From contig RSEE01000009.1 in NCBI GenBank assembly GCA_003971905.1, forward strand, positions 372,001 to 436,000: 64,000 bases of DNA. Reading direction: 5' to 3'. The stretch's first letter is position 1, and each line of letters opens with the position of its first letter. This document shows, in pieces, positions 1-13,381 of the stretch. Position numbers and translations under genes: made by a program. The notes under the pieces are model-generated. The model saw only the letters and a list, made by a program, of their open reading frames with translations, was not told the DNA's origin and did no database searches. Source of the DNA: Moniliella sp. 'wahieum' (Eukaryota).

Positions 1-243
1 CCCTTCGGCTAGGATTGAAGGCTGGACCGAAAAGGACGAGCCACCATCCTATTGGAGTGGCAACGAGTCCTCTTCTGCGGCTACGACCGCCCCAGCCCCC
101 GCTCCCACCCCCGCCTCTGCAACCACCCCGCTCCTGCCAGCAAGGGCGGTGTGATTGCCTCGGCGGCACCAGTGCTACGGGACCTGCAGAAGGAGGCGGC
201 TGTTTTTACGCCTGCCAGTGTACGCCGGAAGGCACGGGAATAG
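1..243 (+). CDS. 3' end of WBP11-like (WW-domain-binding protein 11 / mRNA biogenesis factor) gene, partial
   Basis: ORF 52..243 ends VIASAAPVLRDLQKEAAVFTPASVRRKARE*, resembling the 'AAPxLRDLxKEAxxFxPxxxxRK' C-terminal motif of fungal Wbp11 homologues. A poly-Pro stretch lies just upstream in another frame. Recognised from memory, not searched. Confidence 0.5.
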
Positions 244-575
244 CTTGAGTCATGCATTGTAACGCCATCAGCGACTATGCCGTCCCAAAGAGCAGCAGGA
301 AATGGACCGAGCGAACTGTGGGTAGTTGAGCGCTCGCAACCAGGTTGGTACAGTTTGGCCAGTCCACGCTCCCCCGCCAGAAATGGCTGATGGATGGGGG
401 AGTCACTCTACGCGGCAAGCAGAAGCTCGTCACTTGGGCGGAGTAGTATTTTGACCCCCTCGGTACAGCGATTCGCGTCGGAGTTTTGAGATGGTTGGCC
501 TCGATGCCCGATGGGCCTCTTGTGCAATATGAAATGGTCCATGTGACACGAGAAATTGAAATTGAGCGGAAGGGA

Positions 576-718
576 CATGATGCATGATGCATGATGCATG
601 AGATCTGGGACAGTTCTCACTTGAGTGTGATATTCCGTGTCGTGATGCTTGTGACATGTGACATGTGTCATGTGACGCCGCATGTCACATGTGACACACC
701 CTGGAGACTGAACGTTCA
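576..718. repeat. Heptamer palindrome arrays (ATGCAT-G)3, (ACATGT-G/C)n and TGAACGTTCA upstream of JAC1
   Basis: catgatgcatgatgcatgatgcatgagatct at 576-606; gtgacatgtgacatgtgtcatgtgac...tgtcacatgtgaca at 651-696; tgaacgttca at 709-718. Confidence 0.9.
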
Positions 719-815
719 AATTGAACGTGGGTGGCTTGGGCTGGGGCTACGCTGAGCAACATCAGCCTCGGTCGCAGGCTCGGCCGCGTTCAGCAAGACC
801 CGCATCCTCCCCGCC

Positions 816-1511
816 ATGCTGCCTTTCCGCCTCGCACGCCCGGCGCTGGCGCTGGAGGCGCGTGTAGCGCTGGTGCGCGCGCTGCATGCGACACTCCGCG
901 TCGGGACTCCCCCCGACTACTACCAGCTGCTGGCGCCCCACCTCGCCAACGCCTCGCTCGGCGCCAAATGGGCGGTGGACGCCGGGGCGCTCAAGGCAGC
1001 CTGGCGCCGCGCCCAGGCGCTCACCCACCCCGATCGCATGGTCAACGCCACCCCCGCCGAACAGCAGGCTGCAGCAGAGCGCTCAGCCGTTGTCAACCGA
1101 GCGTACGAAACACTACGGGACCCCCTGCCCCGCGCTACCTACCTTGTACGCACCCCTCTCCCCTCCCCCCACCCCCCGCATCACGCATTGCCTAACTCCT
1201 TTGCTCTCTTTTAGCTCGAGACCTACACTCCTGCCAACATTGACGAAGAGGCGCGTCTGACCGATCCGGTGCTGTTGGCGCATGTGTTCGAGTTGCAAGA
1301 GCAGTTGGAGGAGGCGGAGGACAAGGAAGCGTTCCAGGATGTCTTGGCAACCGCCCAACCGCCCCTGGCCGAGGCGGAACAGGCCATTGCCGACCAACTG
1401 GCCGCCGAGGCCCCCGATTGGGAGGTGATCAAGAGCCAAATCGCTAGCCTCAAGTACTTTGGCAACATTATCCAGCAAGCCCGCCAGGGCTTGAGTCAAT
1501 TCGACGAATAA
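816..1511 (+). CDS. JAC1: Mitochondrial Fe-S cluster co-chaperone Hsc20/HscB (J-domain protein); intron 1146-1214
   Basis: Arg/Ala/Leu-rich presequence, then a J-domain with THPD and 'SAVVNRAYETLRDPLPRATYL'. A GTACGC...CCTAAC...TTAG intron joins in frame to an HscB-like C-terminus (TDPVLLAHVFELQEQLEEA...LKYFGNI). Confidence 0.92.
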
Positions 1512-2469
1512 GGTCTCTCCTCCCCGCCCGCAACCAACGACTGAACGTTCTGTGTCTGTCTCTTTTCCTCTTTCCACTATAATGTGTCGTATATCCCTTC
1601 GGCTCTCTACACCACTATTGCATACTCGGCAACTAGTTACGGCCCCAGCTTGACTGGGGCCCGAACAAGGATGACATCCTAGCTCCCTCGGTAAACGGAG
1701 TCCAATTCAAATGAGACGCAAGTGCCACAGACTGCAGGGAGGGAAAAGGGGTGAGTTGTTGTTGCAGGAGGTAGAGCCTCCATCTGATTGCCTTGCCAGT
1801 TGCCTTGCCTCATGGGATATAGCAAGTCATGCTGCCCTCGACGAGCAGTATTATTGAGCCCTCTCGTCCGCGCGACATCCTTGTTCACGCTAGGCCATGA
1901 TCGTCGAAGCAAAGCTTGAACCACCACTGCATGATCGAGCCAGATCGAGGCGTTCAAAGGCGCCTCTGATGCCAAGTGGCGAGAAGCATACGGTCAGATA
2001 TGGTGGACGCAGTACGCGCATATCAAACAGGTCTTCTACCACCCACACACACGCCACCCAAGCTGGGTTTGGCTACAAGTGTTGGTGTTCCAAAACGATG
2101 GCACGATCTCATATCTCAACTCACTTTCAACACAACCGGACGAAATAGAACTGAGTACTGATTGCTGCGACCCCAGTATGAATCCAAGTAACGGGAAGCG
2201 AACATGGCCGTGACTCCATGGTATACCATTCCATTCGTCCCCTCCACCCCCTCCCCCGCCGGCCCAAAGAATGTTACAAATGAGAGTCGTACGTGCTTTA
2301 ATTCTTTTTCTCATAGGGAACGAGACGCGTAAATGGATTCAAGGGCACAGAGCGACACCAACACCAACCTGTACGGGCCGTGCGGAGCAGCAGGGCGCGG
2401 AAATCCGACATAATACCAGCCCCTTGAGGCGGCTGTCCAGGGTCAGGCCCGGTTATGCGCTGGCCACCG

Positions 2470-4339
2470 TCATGTTAAGGCGGGAGGAAGCAAAGAGCTC
2501 AGGACGACGATCCGGTTAAAGATGGTCCATGCCGAGGTAATGATAGCCAAGCAGACCAAGATCAAGAACCGAGCAAAGGTGCAGGGACCCGTAGCGTCTT
2601 TAGGAACAAACCGCCCGACTTGCGGGGGTGTGGGAAAAGTCGGGTCGGTTCATTCTGATCTCGGTAAAGACAATGGGCAAAAGACGGTGGTAGCCGTGTA
2701 GAGAACCATGATGCTGCGCAGGAAGAAGGCAGGGTACTCAGCCAAGGTAGCTTTGCGCACCACCGTCTTGCCCCGTTCCACGTGCCGATGCGGGAGGAAG
2801 AAGAGGGCATAGATGCTGTAGAGAGCCACGTTGAAAAATGGTAAAAGAGCAGTGCAGGCGAAGGCGTGGTACCCGACAAGAGACGGACCGGACCGTCAAC
2901 GTAGCTACCCCCCGCTCAAAGTACCTGAAGCAGCCTTCGCGCAGGACGCGCAAGTTATCGTCGGACGCGCCAAAGAGACTGTAGAGCGCGATAGCCAGTA
3001 CGTTGATCACGCTGGCCAAATTTTTACGGTCCCAGTGCCACTGGAGCAAAGCCGGGCGGACTTGAGGATCCCAACGGCGAAGATCCAGCTTACCGGGTTT
3101 GCGCTCGAGTGGGCTGCCCTTGCCGGGGTACCAGGCGCCGCCATTGAGAATGTTGGTGAGCAGTACCACGTCCCAGAATGCGACAGTCATACCGCCACCG
3201 GTCAAGGGGTGGCGCATGTTCATCGCATCTCCTACCACGACGCAGCCGGCGGAAACGGGACTGACCTTGTACGCTCGGGGGGAGGAAAGAGTTAGGCATG
3301 GTGCGCAACCGATTGGATCCTTTGCCCTGCTCGATCAGATCGAGTTCTTTGAGAAGAGCTTGGTCGAGGCCGGTAGGTAGGTAGGGCGCGACGTGATGAC
3401 GAATGTACTGGGCAAATCACCCTTGGTCGCACTGGGCTTTTGGTCGCCCGGGAAATCGATCAAGATTCGAGTGGAGTGGACAGCGATGGTGCCATCGGCA
3501 GCAGGCTTGGATTCGGCGATTTGATAGAGCAGAACGGGTCCACTGGGCGCCAGAACGACGTGGCCGTGGTGCGGTTGAGGCATGGGCGCGTGGTCCAACT
3601 CGAGCCCGACAAAGTGGCTGCGCAATGAGGTTTGATGGTGGTACCATAGGCACCGCGGAACTTGCTAAAGATGCCATCGGCCACGATGGTCATATCGGCC
3701 CGGATAGCCAGCTGTTCTTCCGTCTTGGTCTGGCCAGTCTTGCGCACCGCATTCACCCTGTGACATGGCCCAACGACGGGTCCTCTTCCAAGTCGCGCAC
3801 GGTAGCCTCGATACACGTGACGTTCTCCTGAGCCAACGCCTTAGCGCGGAGTTTCTGGATGAACCGACCGTGGTGGAACGCACGGCCTTCCAACCGACCA
3901 TCCTTTCCGACCAACCCACGTGTGGGGCTTGAGGTGCGCGACGGCGTCAGCGGAAGGGTACGGGATATGGACGCTCTCCTCGCCATTGAACACTTGGTAC
4001 CCGTGACGGGAACAGCTTCGATTCCTTCCATGGTGTCCAGCAAATCGAGGCACGCGAGTGCGCGCACTCCCCCGGGCTGCAACAGCTCCCCTACAATCCG
4101 ATCGGGCTCGCTCCAGTCCCGTTCGACCACGGCCACGGTGCGTCCGCTACGGCCGAGGGCGTAGGCGAGCGAAGCACCAACCACACCAGCTCCTACGATG
4201 GCAATGTCAAAGTGGGTGCTGGCGAGGTCCGAGGCGGCCACTGCAGGGGGGTGGCCAGCGAGGGGCTGATTTGGCCGCTAGGAACGGCCGGGATGGGGAA
4301 GTCAGGGTTAGCTTGCGGGTCGTCGAGGTAGTCGGTCAT
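2470..4339 (-). CDS. ERG1: Squalene epoxidase (frameshifted in this assembly; 3' end approximate)
   Basis: IVGAGVVG FAD motif, EPDRIVGELLQPGG, GRAFHHGRFIQKLR, IVADGIFSKFR, SHFVGLEL, GDAMNMRHPLTGGGMTVA, INVLAIALYSLF and LREGCFRYF, spread over several minus-strand ORFs. Likely ATG at 4339. Confidence 0.95.
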
Positions 4340-4799
4340 GGCGGTGGGGTGGTGGGGGGTGGTGGGTGGAGGGAGCCAAGCGACGGAGTTTTGACCCAAA
4401 GGCCAAGAAGAGGAAGATGCAAGAGGCGAAGAGGCGGTAGAAAGTGCTCGTCGGCGCCCCAAGGCAGAAGAGGCAATAATTGCTCCACCTGGCCCTGTCT
4501 ATCATGCATCAAATGCGCGGCTGGCTGCTATGGGGCGATGCCGGCCAGCGCGGCGGGGGCAGTGTGGCGGGTTGGGTCATGACCCCCTGGGGTGGAACGA
4601 GATTCTCACTTAAATTGCGGCTGCTTTTGAGAAGCTGACACTCTGGCAATCCGAGATCAGCGAAACGACGGGTGATACTTTCTTTCAACGGCCAGCGCCC
4701 AGCGGCCATCGCCTCTCCTTGCCACCGGCCCCCTGATGTATTCAATCGGGCCATCGCAGACGCACACCTCCCTACGAATCATTAAAAAACAATCATTAA

Positions 4800-5700
4800 T
4801 GAACGTTCAACGAACGCCACAGTGAGATGGGACGGTGGCAGAAACTCACAGGATGGGCTGCTATGCACCTCTGGATGTGCGGCGGCGATCATCACGCGCG
4901 TCACGCATCGACCCATCGATCACTATTACTGTCGTTGGAAGCAGTTCAAGTCCCTCACAGGCCTGAGCGCCTGAGCCTCAGGGCCTCAGGATCCCACTTG
5001 CGCGTAGCGCGTATCCCAGAGGTCTCTCTTTCAAACGCGAATGAAAACGGATGTCTCCTACAGAATATTGCCACAAGGAATGGCGGGTACTGAGGCTGAG
5101 GCCCTCTGAGGCGGCTTGAAGCTTGAGGCCCCTGAGGCCCAACCCTAACCCTGAGGCTCAGGCCTGAGGAGGCCAGATGTACCTCTCAATAGACGCATTT
5201 CGTCCATGTTGTTGATGAAGTGATCGACACATGGATAAACTGGAAGCTTTTCACTTATTGAAGCCTCCAGCTTGGCAGTGGTGCCACCGGGGGGGGGGGG
5301 GGGGTGCGGCGGGCGAAAACGATGTGCTTCGAAGAGGCGCATAACATTTCCTCTGGTCTCAGATCTCAGTTCGTATGGTAGACACGGTTGCTGCACCTTC
5401 TGATGCACAGACCGCACAGTGGCTCAAACGAAAGGTACCTACGATCCTAATATGTGGCCACATGTCCTCAGTATCCCACAGCTCGGCCTCGACCGGATTT
5501 CCTTAAGCTTAATTGGTGCTGCCTAATACGAGCGTCACTCGCGTCACTAGTTACTATAGTGCCTGTATAAATAGCCTTTTTTGCTCACAAAAGATGAGGG
5601 GGGCTACTGCACTCTCCACAGCAGAGGTGCGTCAGAGAGAAAACTGTTGTTGACCACCAGTGGTCTAGAGCCCATCGACCTTCAGTGACATGTGACACGT
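4800..5700. promoter_or_regulatory. Cluster of TGA/TCA-heptamer palindromes upstream of ERG1
   Basis: TGAACGTTCA 4800; CTGAG-rich tracts 4960-4990 and 5090-5170 (CTCAGGCCTGAG 5157-5168); CTTGAAGCTTGAGG 5115; TCTCAGATCTCAG 5357; GTGACATGTGAC 5685. Regulatory role inferred from position only. Confidence 0.55.
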
Positions 5701-7805
5701 GGCCCGATGCAATGCACACAGTACACCGGGCAGTGGGTCCAGGTCCTTCCACATATGCTTCCACTGGCCTCCGAGCCCGGAGCCTCTCGCGGCCCATAGT
5801 CTATCTCTCCTTACCTCTCTGGAATACAATCTCCACTCCCCATGGCCAGCATCGCTAGCTAGGCCCGCGATAACTGTCGTGAATGTTTGGCAAAAGAGTT
5901 GATGTAGGGTCAGCTAAGAATCGAAGGGACCGATGAGAAGACAAGGAGGAGAGTGTAACTTTGTGCGGAGAAGGGAAAAGCCGCAGCCCAGGTTAGTAGG
6001 GGCTCCGATCCAAACGGGTGGAGAGGAGAAGGACGGCTGGGGTACTACAGGGTCATACGACAATGATATTGGTATCAGAGAAGCAGGACGCGGACCCCGT
6101 CTCGTGAGCTATACTCTGACATTAGCCATATGCCAGCCGAACACCATACACGTCATATATATTAGTCCCCGAGCTCGGTTACGAGACTCAGCCCTCAAAA
6201 GCTGGTTCGGTCCGGGATCGAGGGGAAGCTAGTGAAGTGTAACGTTGTTAATCTACTGACTATACATACTCTGTGTAGACCGCCTGTTTTTGCTTAACCC
6301 GGTATATACCGTCCTTGACTTGCTCCGGCTAGCCGTCCAATAGTTTCTATATATCCCCTCCCGAGAGCTACAATAAGGAGGGGGGGTTCCACCTTTTCCC
6401 ACGCCGGATGAGCACGACAGGTGGCAGCCAGGGATGGAGTTGCGATCATGCCATCATCTCATCGGGGGGGGACTACTTTTGATTAATCACATCTGGAGAG
6501 GTACCTGCGCGCCGTAGGAGGGGTTGCTGCTGTATCCACACTGAGTATTGAGGGGAAAGGGGATGGGGACCAAAATGGCTCGAATGGGAGTTGAAAAATC
6601 GAACGGATCGCAGGATTAGCTTTTATTGGTCAGAGAGACGCGTAAATAACGCGTACTATGGGCGATCGGGATGGGAGCTGCTGCAGACGATCCGTATTAC
6701 AAGCACAGCATATATAGAAGTAGAAGTACCACACTCTCAGGCCCTGCGCTCATATATAATCGCACGTCTTTTTCGCTCTTCTTGTCCTGTCCTTTTGGCT
6801 TGTTCCAGACCTGTGCTTAATTGCTGTGGTGCTGATGGATGTGTTGCCTTATTGCCCACAAACTGCAGCAGTGCTGCTGTCTGCCGAGCAAGGCCGAGCT
6901 TGGTCTGTTGCCTTGGCGCGGGACGAGGGGATGAAAATGATTATAAGATTAACGTTTAACCCCCGCCTTCAAGCTTCCAACTTCTTCGCCCGCTATGCTC
7001 TTCCCCCCTGGGACAGTTGTTTTGGACCACTATTCATCCGCTTTTATTGGGCGTTGGACAAACATCAACGGCTTTAATCGGATGCATGATTGCCCAGAAA
7101 AAACCTTAAGCTTAAAGATAAGCTGGTAACCTTGGGTGCGTACTGGGCGCCTAAAACGCGCAAATGCACACAGCCTACTGCCAGGGACATTTCGGCGAGG
7201 CAGTCACCGGCCACCGGACGAGCAGCATGCTCACCGGTTGCTGCGTACATGGAAGCCAGGTATGGGCCGCGAGAGGAGGCAGTGATGATGCTTGATAGCA
7301 GGAGAGCCCTCGGTTGCGTCGGCGCCGAAGGCTGCGTTGAACGTTGAAGCTGTTGAAGGTGGGCGTGCCAGCCAGCGCCCAGCATGCAGGAAGCGAGTGG
7401 GCCAACGGGTACGTACTGCCGGCTGCTGGGCCTCATCTGGATCTGGGCGTGTAGGGTCCTGCGGCGTCGCCTGCCTGCCCAGTGCGTGCGCGAGCGTCCC
7501 CGCAGGCCCAGGCGCCGCCGGCACAGCGCGCCGGTGTGTGCTGCGCCAAGCCACCTGGCCGGTCGCAGCCGGGGTAAACAAACAAAGGGGCGCCCACCCA
7601 CACCTGCGCCGTGCCGCGGCGGGGTGCTGCGGGGGGGCGCTGCTGCGGGTATTGGAGCTTCGGCGGCATCCAAGCGCTGGGGAGCGTCTGCTGGGCGGCG
7701 CTGGGCGTGGGCCTGCCGTGGCTGCCTTTGCCTCTGCTGGGGGCGGAGCAGCCCGCCCACCCCCCCCCTCCACCACCTCCGCCGTTACCGCCGCCGCCTC
7801 CCACC

Positions 7806-10800
7806 ATGGCCGCTGCCGACGCCGCTGCCGAGAGGCTGCTCGCCACCTACTTCGCCCCCCAGCCCTCCGAGGTAATCGCCGCCCTTCTCCCCGCCCCGCC
7901 CGAGCGCCCCCCCGCCCTGCTCCACGACATCCAGCTTGCCCCCCTCCTCGACGTGGCCAGCACCGTACCCACCCTCGCGACAGACCAGGCAGCCGACTGG
8001 CGCACCCTTGGCTCCGCCCTCCCGCCGCTCCCACGGTACGAATGTCCCCTGCAGCCCACGCCCACGCCCACGCCCACGCCTGCACCCACACCCACACCTT
8101 CGTCCCGCCACTCAAAAGCTGCCCCATCCCTCCACCCTACCTCGCCTCCTTCGAAGCCCACCTCTCCCGCTCACGACCGAGCTGCCAATCAGCCCAAATC
8201 TCGTGGCGGTTGGAGACGCATGCTGGGCATCAGCGAGCCACCCCCTTCGTCCCACCCTGACACCTCTTCGTCGGCCCGTCGCTTTTTTGGCCGCAAAAAG
8301 CCCGCCTCGCTTCTCCCCATCATTCCCCCCGCGCCCCCACAGACGGACAAGTCCAAGATGTCGCCCGCGACGGACGCCAAGCTTCCCTCTTCCCCCATCA
8401 CTCCCACTTCCTCATACCCTCCAGTACCGGCTCCAGTGTACCGACCGGCATCACCACCGCCCCCTCTTCCGCCAACAGCCTCTTCACTCTGGCGCCGCCG
8501 GCGCTGCTTCTGCCGCCTCTGCCGTGAGCGCCTCCCCACCCCATCCCAAGCGGACCACCCTTCCCCCCACCCCCCCTCGTCCTACCGCCCCCAACCAACT
8601 ACGACTGCTGCCTTCCCCGCCCAACCGCAAAACCGGTTCGACCGGTTCGACATTTGTGTTCGACATGGAAGCAGCGCGGACCAAAGCAGCCCCTTCCTGG
8701 GCTCACCTAGCCAGCATCCACAACCGCTTTCCTGCGTTGAACCCAGTGGAGCCGACTCATCCTGGTTCCACCCCAACCTCCACCTCCGCCTCACCCTCAA
8801 CTCCAACGCACCCCCTACGTGCCCACACTACGCTACACCCCCCCGCAGGCCCAGGGAGGCAGTTTTCTATGCCAACTGAGCAAAGCAGAGCTTTTGCTTC
8901 TCTATAGTCTCGGCGTCTTGGACGCCAATGATTTGCCCCCCTTTCCAGAGGAAGGGACTCCTGTCCCAGCCGACAGTGGGGATGAAGGCATGCCCCACCC
9001 AACCGAGTACGCCAGTACTCTCCTCGAGGTGGCAGCTGCCTCCGTGGTAGAAAAGTTCATGATGGCCCGTGGGACGTTTCAACGCCACGCCTCAACGCGA
9101 GCGGGACGGTACGCCAGTGCAGCTTCGCAAGCTGGGTCCGAATTTGGCTCTCAAGCAGGACCCAGCACACGTCTTGCTTCTTCGATTGACACGCCCCTTG
9201 ATGACACTGAATCGTTTGCTGATGCGCTGGAGGACGCAACGGCCAGTACCGTGTTCCGGACACACATTGAACTAATACGAGAGCTGGCCTCCCTCCCGGA
9301 TCCTAGAATCCCGGCTCCGCTTTTGATGTACGCACGACTCTTTTGGTTCTGTTTGCGCTGGCCATCACAGGCGACTGACTTTTTACCATTTTTTTTCTGC
9401 TCAGATGGGAGCGCCGGCGTGTGGCTCAGATGCACCTCCATCGCCCCCTGCGCGCATTGTACGACCGTGCATCTGCCTCTGCCCTTCCCCCTCCCCTCGC
9501 CTTTCCCAACTCAAATCTGCCACCGAAACTGTATACTCAACGCTCCAAACGATTTTGGCCCAGCTAGAGACCCATTGGCCAGCGGCACAAGGGACGGCCT
9601 ATCTGGCTGTGGTGGATGACCGTCAAGCTGTTCCGCTTGTCTCTGGGCTTGGTCCCGCCTCGACCCTGACAAGCACTCGTCGTTCTCGGCTCTTCAGTCC
9701 CGAGGCGCATACGCTGCTCAATCAGGAGGCCGGCTTGGTGGTGCCGGATCTCAGGTCGGACTGTCGCTTTGCTCATCCTTCCATTGGGAAGGAAGAAGGA
9801 AGCAGCGGTTCTGGCGTGGATGAGGCACGTTTCTTTGCGTCTCTTCCTATTTTGGCTTCGTCAGGAGAAGTAGTGGCGATGGTATGCGTGACGGGGACCC
9901 AACCCTGGGTAAACCAAAGCAACAGTGGCCCAATGTGGTGGTCCGCGGACCACGTCACGGCGCTGGCCAAGGCAGCGATGGACGTGTCGACGGTGCTGGA
10001 GCATGCGGATCTGAGTTGGGCCCAGTTGACCAAGCAACGGATGCTAGATCGTATGTATCCATCCTTGTCCTCTTTCCCAATGTGTGGTCTGGCAATTCCA
10101 TTGACACGTCTCACCACCACGTCTGTGGCCTGTTCCTTACTTTGCTGCTTGTAGAATCCATCCGTCTCCAAGCCGGGATCAGCTCGTTGGGGTTCATGCA
10201 CGATGCGCCCTTGTTGGCCTCAGGCGTACGCCGGTCTGTGGTCCGGCTGGGTCTCCCCTCGATAGTCTCCCCGCTGGCCTGGACGAGGAAGTGGAAGCCG
10301 AGTTGGAGCAGGAACACGTTCGCTCCGCCTTTCAAGAACGGATGGGGTCCCAGGGGGAGCCCAGCGGTCCTCCCAACCTGCGCCCGCGCTGAACCAAGTG
10401 GGTACACTTCTTACCCGTGCGCTCTGCCACGGCCTGGGTGCCGACCTGGTCTACCTTGCCCGTAAGCCCGTCTCTCGGCGTGGTCCTCACTTGCTTCCCA
10501 CCGGCACGCCCTGGACCATGGTGGCGCATACCTGGGGTCCATCGCCCGCTATGGGAAGTGACCTGCTTACCATTCTGCCCCTTAACGCAGAAGCGCATGA
10601 CCTCTCGGACCACCGAGGCCTTCCTGCGTTCTTTTACCACCTTCCCGCCTCCGGGGGGGCTCCTACAGTCCCGTGGGCCGTTCCACCCGGCTCCGAACGG
10701 CTGTTCCGAGCTGGGGCAATGGTCAATAGTGGATTGATCAAAACCACCCTACCACCTTGTCGCAATTCACTTTGGTTGCTGTATTTCAGTCAAGCACGCA

Positions 10801-11286
10801 TCTGCTTTCCGCGTCCGAGCAAGCCTTCCTTGCCTTTCTCGCCACCTCGGCCCCGACTTGGCTCCGTCAAGCCGACGGCCTCGACACCCACCTCCGCACT
10901 TGGGAGAACCAAGGCGAACGACCGACGACGCTTCCGCCGCCGCCACCTCGATCGTCGGTGCGTGCCTCGGCCGCACGATCGGTTCGATCTCAACGCTCCC
11001 AGCGCTCCCAACCCCCCCAACCCCCGCAACCTACTTGGTCCAACCACCTCACCACCTCGCCCATGCACCCTCCAACTCGAATTTTCCCCTGGCAGGGTCA
11101 GGCAGCCCACCTTCGTCCCATTCCCAGCCGCCGCCCGATGCGGCGGCGGCAGCGGCGGCGGTATTTGCGCCGGCGGCGGCGCGAACGCGGCAGGAAGAAG
11201 CCATGTTGGGGCTGGCGGCGGCCAAGATGATGCAGAGTGCCTATACCCGTCGGCGGGAAGCGCAGAATGAAGCGTCGGCGTCGTAA
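7806..11286 (+). CDS. Large Pro/Ser-rich protein with one clear and one probable GAF domain; introns 9328-9404 and 10051-10154; frameshifted
   Basis: Spliced 'PAPLLIWERRRVAQMH' precedes the GAF hallmark 'VVPDLRSDCRFAHP...ARFFASLPILASSGEVVAMVCV'. A second GAF-like segment reads 'LCHGLGADLVYLA...FTLVAVFQSSTHLLSASEQAFLAFLA'. GT-AG introns are canonical. Confidence 0.65.
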
Positions 11287-11351
11287 ACTCCTCTTGGAAC
11301 CCAAAACGAAAGTAACAAACAAAACAAAGAACCGCGGATACCCTCCGTCGT

Positions 11352-11422
11352 TCTTGCTCTTGCTCTTGCTCTTGCTCTTGCTCTTGCTCTTGCTCTGCTC
11401 TTGCTCTTGCTCTTGCTTTTGC
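11352..11422. repeat. (TCTTGC)n hexanucleotide microsatellite, ~11 copies
   Basis: Read directly; lies just 3' of the GAF gene stop. Confidence 0.95.
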
Positions 11423-13381
11423 TAGTGCAGCCTTGGACCTCTTTTTCACTTTTTTCTCCCATGGTTCCCTACCTATTTTTTCTCTCCTACCTAGTACCTC
11501 CTCTACCTCTCCTACTTCCGCGATTCCCTACCTCATCACCTACGTCTCCCTTGTTCGGGATGGCTTATTTGCAACCCCAACGTTCGTTGTCCTAGAAGTA
11601 TGCTATGTGTTTTTGCTTTGAGGAGTTTTGCCTTACCATGTGCCACATGTTCTCCCATCATCTTTCATTCGTGCTTCCGTTCGTCCGCTGATGCAGATGT
11701 ACAGAGGGCCTTTCTCTGTGATCTCGGCCCCTGCAACGTACGAACGTGGGAAGGAAGAACGGAGAACGCGTAGGAGGTGGACTTTTGAGAGCGGCTTGAA
11801 TCTTGAGGCTCTCTCTCTCGTATCTATCTATCTGTCTATTCAGTCACACACTCTCAGCCTTAGACTGAGGCCCTCAGCTTCGCAGAAGGGACATCCAATG
11901 GTTGGCCATGCATTGGCATGTATCAGGGGGCCACCCAGCACGCGCCAAAAGCACGCAAGCAAAAGCAGGTAGTAGAGGAGGCAAAACACAGGCCAAAAGT
12001 AGCAGGTCGAGGACGATAGACTGAGGGGGCGAATGCCGCATATGTGGGCAGGGCACAAGGAGAAATATATAGATATACTGTGTACTCTGTGGGCCAGCAT
12101 CGCATCTGGAAGGAGCAGAGGGGGAGGTACAAGAAGAAAACACCCAACAGCGGGCGAAGAAAGTGGAGAAAGAGGGTTGTGTTTATTATATTACACTGTT
12201 TTTGCCGTCAGCGAGTACCTGAGTACGGGGGAGGTGCTATCCGAGCTACGGAGTGACCGAGGCATGGTGCCGGAAGGAGAAGTCACCCTCCTCCCACACT
12301 GGCCAGGCGCCAGCATCCGTATCGTTGTGCCTGTCGGGTGGCGCAACAGCAACCCGCCCCCCCGAGTCGAAGAGGTGGCGGCTCTGCACCACCCTCTCCA
12401 ATCCAGCGTTTGGTCAGCATCCGCACGTGAATCGAGCGCATATACCCAGATGCCGGACGCAAGCGTCAGGTCCCGACGGATGCCACACACCAGAGAGGTT
12501 CTCTGTGTTGAGAGAGAAGACGTGCTTGTGTGCGAGTAAAAAAGAGGACGTGCTGTTTGGCACACAAGCGCCGGGTCATCGAGGCCATCGACCACGATGA
12601 TCCGATGACCCCTTCTCCACACTGCCCGTGTCGCCCTCTCCGACCTTCAATAGGTTAATTAAGGGAGGCTTGCTGCAACTCAGACTGAGTACTCACTGTG
12701 TGCCATTGGAAGTACGGGCAGTTGCATTTCCTCAGCGATGAGCCTAACTTGATGAGCTTGATGGCGGGCGGGCGGGGGGTTCGCCCGAATCATCGATCAT
12801 CACGCCAATGACGAGCTTGAGATTAAAAAAGTGTCACATGTCAGCCGGTTGCGCAATTGCTTCGGGAGGACAAAAATGTGGGGCAAATCCCACCGGGGCG
12901 CCACCGGCGCCACCAGCCCAGTCTCGTTTCGCTATTCAATCTCTTCCACTGCCCACCGCGCCCCCTTCTCCCGTCACGGACATTGGTCCTGAAGCCTGAA
13001 GCTTGAAGCTTGGCTGGTGCACCGGCATCACCATCTTCGCCGCCGAGCACGCACAGCCAACAGAGTACTGATGCAAAACGAGCAGCAAGGTATATGATCC
13101 CCAGGAACAGTCTCAAAAAAAGATAACCAACCCTTGCGCCCATCGGATGTCCATTGGAGACACTCTCCTCTCCGTCGGCTACGGGCAAACCGTGGAGCGA
13201 GGGGGCTTGTTTCAGAACGAATTCCTCTCCTGTCGCCATATACAAAGCACCAGTGCTTATTTAACTGGAAGATCCACCTCTGACGCCGCGTGCTCTCCTT
13301 TTCCTTCGCATCCATCTTCTTCTTGCCCTCCTTCTCATCCTTCTGCCCTTCCAACCTACAACAGTCACGACACACTGTGGC

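Noticed and set aside
1641..1661. GGCCCCAG-5nt-CTGGGGCC hairpin as a terminator
   Set aside because: Eukaryotic context, no U-tract, and an 8-bp stem is expected by chance in GC-rich DNA.
10790..11462. ORFs with (QE)n, (RA)n or poly-Leu
   Set aside because: These are translations of the (TCTTGC)n microsatellite in the GAF gene's 3' region.
12191..12622. Possible small gene on either strand
   Set aside because: No recognisable motif or consistent exon structure, so a call cannot be supported.
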